Positions 59,867 through 64,000 of a DNA stretch of 64,000 nt are shown here, piece after piece. The stretch covers positions 213,845,741 to 213,909,740 of the forward strand of contig CM041465.1 of the NCBI GenBank assembly GCA_023213395.1. Direction: 5' to 3'. Under the pieces are notes generated by a model, which saw only the letters and a list, made by a program, of their open reading frames with translations, was not told the DNA's origin and did no database searches. This DNA comes from Cycas panzhihuaensis. Taxonomy: Eukaryota; Plantae; Cycadophyta. Each line of letters opens with the position of its first letter. Within the stretch, counting starts at the first letter, position 1. Position numbers and translations under genes: made by a program.

Positions 59867-61297
59867 GTTTGTATAGATTGTAAATAAGAATAGGGTTGAT
59901 GGGATGATATGAATCCTATATGTACAAGATGTATTGAAGGGGACACAAGAGAAGGGTATCTTAATAGCAAAGATTTAACATGAAGGCTTATATAAAGAAT
60001 ATTAGATGATACATGAAAATGTAAATTAGGTGGAAATTTAGAGGTAAGAAGCATGGGGAATTAATAAGAAAATAAGTAAGAGGTTATGTACAGAGCAAAC
60101 TTAACTATTGTATGTTACAAAAGGAGGAGGATGTGATAAAAGGCAAGGTAGCTTATGGAGGAGATTAAGGGATAACTAATGTAAAGGGTTAGTAGAAAAA
60201 GTATAATGAATGAAGCATAGGGGTATAATAGGTACTTTGTATAGATAGAAAAGGGAAACATTAAGGATGAAGTATAAACATGGGTAATAAGTGGTAAGGA
60301 TGATGTGGCTATAATTAAGATTAGGGGATAATGTATTTATAGGGTTAATGGGGGGAGGATAGGGAATGAGGGATACAAGGTATGCTTGAGGTTTTATATG
60401 GGTGAATAATTTATATGAGTATATTAGAAAGAAATATATGAGAGGTAAGAAAGATGAAAGGTAAAGATAGGGTAAATTAAGAACAAAGATATGGAATGAT
60501 ATATGTGGAGAGTTAATAGTAAGACAAAAGGCAATGAAAATATGACTTATGAGACATATTAGAAGACTAAAATAAAGGAAAAGAAGAAAATAGAGAATGA
60601 TAAAAGTAATATACATTTGCTAAAATAAAGGATGAAGGTTGTTGGGGCTTAATGAGATGACAAGGAATTTCATGATAATGAGAAGAATGTATATTAACTA
60701 CTAATTTTTGGTAAGTAGGGAATATAAGATTCTCTAGAGGCATATAAAGTGGAAATTTAGGAGGAATTATACAGCCAGCAAATGAAATGGAAGAACATAT
60801 AATAGGATCTAAATTCACAATAGTGATCTTATTTAAGTATGTATTTTGCCTTGATTTTGAAGTCAATTCATCTTAGTATCTCTTTTAGATGATGGATTCT
60901 CTCTCACTTAGCTCATACGTTTTAATTAACTTTTCTTTAAATTATTTACAAGAAGACTCTTCCCTAGTTCATGTATTTCAATTAGTTCTTCTTCAAATTA
61001 CTCATAATTAGACTCTCCTTCACTTGATTTATATATTTAAACTACTACTTTTTTAATGTGCTTATAAGTAGACTCTTACTTATGTTAAAATATAATGTTT
61101 AATGTGGCTTTATTGTATACATATACTTCCCATTATTCACTTACATTGAGATATGTGAGATGCATATATATCCATATTATCTTTTTATTGGATGATGTAA
61201 AGAGTTTTTATGTTTGATAGACTACTCATGAGGTGATCTCAATATATATATATATCTATATCTACACACACACACATACACACACACACTCACCACT

Positions 61298-61621
61298 TGT
61301 GAATTTGAGAAAGGATAAATGAAAGATAGAGGAGAAAGATGTAAACCTTATGATTATAAGCAAAGTTCTAACTCTACCTTCTTTGGTGTTTTTTCTCATA
61401 ATCAGTTTTCCACGTATATATCTTGGTGTCTATTTTATAGTGATGATTATGCTTGCTTTATTTTACATTCATATTGATTAATTTACTATGTGTACATACT
61501 CATGAGTTCATTATTATCACATCTTTCATATTATAGAATTGGAGCTAATCTCAATATTCCACACATATTTTATCATGGCATGAGACCAAATTTGGTACTT
61601 ATTTTAGCATGGTATCAAAGC
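61298..61621 (+). mobile_element. Possible LTR end plus PBS remnant
   Basis: ...TTTTAGCA followed by TGGTATCAAAGC (61610-61621). The LTR start is uncertain and no coding domain was recognised downstream. Confidence 0.4.
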
Positions 61622-64000
61622 CTATGGTTTTGATATCTTGTTCACTAGATAGCCTATCTAGCCTATGATAGTAGTGAAATATGAGGTATTCTTTATTCAG
61701 CCAGATCTATACATATGTCAGTGACTTGCATAACAAATTAGATGGCACAGGAAGCAAGTTAAGCCACATACAGGATAAATATAATAGATATTAATGGTAT
61801 GTTAATATATTAATTTTATATGGATATTTCATTTGCATATATTGGGCCATATATTCATGGAGCATTTAGGTATTCACAACCATCCACATGATATTATATT
61901 TAGTTCATAAGTGAAGGCTTTTGTTAGTGTCCATTAATGGATTCATTATCACTCATGGACCATTTTAGAGGCATTTGCAAGTTTTTCACAACAAGATTCA
62001 CTACTAGAATGAGGACAACACATTGGTACATACTAAGTAGGTAACATACTTATATAACAACATGCTAATAAGTATAAATAGTTTGTGATAACACCAGAAA
62101 GGTATGCGACAATTTATATTTAAATGGCTTGATATGATGATCTTGACCTATGGAATATATATAAGGGTTGATTATCTTATTAAAATAACTGATATTTTAC
62201 ATATAAATAAATAAATTTGATGTATATGGCATAAATTATTTATGAGGGTATGACTATCTAGTTATTATGATAGAATATCAAACCCTAGATGACAATATGA
62301 ATTATTTCATTGAATGTATACAAATTACACATATTTATATTTAATTATGGCATGAAGATTTACATTACATGTAAATGAAATTTACATATGATGGTATGAT
62401 AATGTTGTTGAGGGCATATTATTATTATTATTATTATTCTAGCTTGCAGATGGGCCACATAGTCAATCTGCCTAGCTAGAGAAGTTCCCTTTACTCGCAC
62501 ATATGCCAATTTGGAAGGGAATAAAATATAGACTTGAAAATCTCATAGATGAGAGCCTACCCCATAGATGCTCACATAACCATTAAATATGGAGCTAATC
62601 CATCAACCTCTATTCCAGAAATATGCCTCAATCACCTTGATCTTACCACGATATATATTACCATACGGTAAGTGTATATCACTCGCTTGCTATGGAGAAT
62701 CCAATCTTATTGCAACCCTCTCTTACTGAACCCTATAGCTACAAATCTGGAAGAATATTAAAGTGTAATTTACACATGAGAAGAGATGAGTATATACCCT
62801 AACACATAGCCCTTACATTATACTCAGTTAGATCACCTACCACTTTACTTTATATGCGAATTGAATAGCACCTGAGGGAGATAGGTGGAATTTGGTTCAT
62901 TTGCCTTCAACCTGATCTCATATAGAGGAGAATTTCCATCACTCATATAGGAAGATCATATGTAATTTATGAACATCCAAATTAAACCATAACTAGACAT
63001 ATCTATATTCATGTACCCATAGATACCACGATTGAATAAATCATTGCTACTTGAAGATGCATAGTGGAGACATACCATGTATGTCCTTGCTACTGGTCTT
63101 TAATATGGAGAAAAATGATGAAGAAGCATTGTAAAATGCCCTATCACATGCCTTACATCCATGATGAAATGAAATGATACCCACTCAATCAACACAAGAA
63201 TTTTTGGAAGATTTTGTAGAGATTAGTTTTATTACATGCAGATGATAGAGGAATCTAATTAATCTGTTCACATATATAAACATGCTAATTTTTTTATAAA
63301 CCTAAAAAAATTATTTATACTTAGATTATTTGATTTAATTAGATTAAATAATTATTTTTAAATATGATTTTAACCCCTTAGAGGTCAGTAGGTGGTCATA
63401 TGATGAATCCATACAACTAGGGTTAATCCTCAAAGGGGCATATTTCTGATTTTTATAAATTGGATTGGATAATTTATATTTTTTCAAAATTTATATTTGA
63501 TATTTAATAAGATTTTAATTTTGTCATTTATTTTTAAAGGATCACGTACTTTTTAAAGGCCCATTGGTATATTTTCTTTTATATCTCATTACTTATGTAT
63601 CAGAATCATGTGCATTTATCATGTTGGAAAGTAGGATTTGAGATAGTAAAAAAGAGTGGTTGCACAACCTACTTTGGACAATAAAAGATAGAGAAAATTT
63701 AGATAAAGTTAATATAATGGCTCCAAACCTCATTTAGAGTGAATTCCACGTTTATTTTTAGAAAACTTTCAACCAATTCTAATGTTTTGTATAACTCCAA
63801 ACATGATGGTTAAGTTATTTTTGAAGAATGGTGGATGGAAAATAAAGTTTGGTTTAAAAGCAAGTATTTTAAGGCCTATTTATGACATTTTAGTTGAAAA
63901 AATTCATCAATTGAGAAACATTTGATGAATGTGTCACATAAGATATCCTTAATATACTATTTGTTCATTTTCCCCTTAACAATATCATATTTGGTCCGTG

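Noticed and set aside
62440-64000. Possible DNA transposon (hAT-like) coding remnants
   Set aside because: Only weak, short resemblances were found, with no diagnostic motif, TIR or TSD.

Overview
This is plant nuclear DNA from a large, heavily methylated genome. It looks gymnosperm-like from its TE content and C-to-T decay, but the species cannot be determined. No intact host gene is recognisable. The window is a stack of decayed retroelements. (1) A + strand non-chromoviral Ty3/Gypsy (Tat-type) element, 1-12856, whose 5' end lies outside the window. Its 3' region carries an antisense, intron-containing PMD/coiled-coil gene and a divergent stand-alone archaeal-type RNase H gene. (2) The 5' half of a LINE interrupted by that element, then an ancient Gypsy pol remnant. 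(3) A 5'-truncated RNase H-bearing LINE with a >160 bp flanking direct duplication. (4) A CpG-rich island at ~29.7-31.0 kb with promoter motifs and splice signals, a candidate gene 5' end. (5) A - strand chromovirus with a complete Copia nested in its gag; both have TSDs. (6) Another chromovirus remnant. (7) A younger chromovirus sitting in an (AT)n array, with a one-LTR TRIM-like cassette between two PBS copies. Several kb-scale (AT)n microsatellites produce the spurious IY-repeat ORFs in the track. All protein calls come from manual motif reading, and identities were counted by eye.
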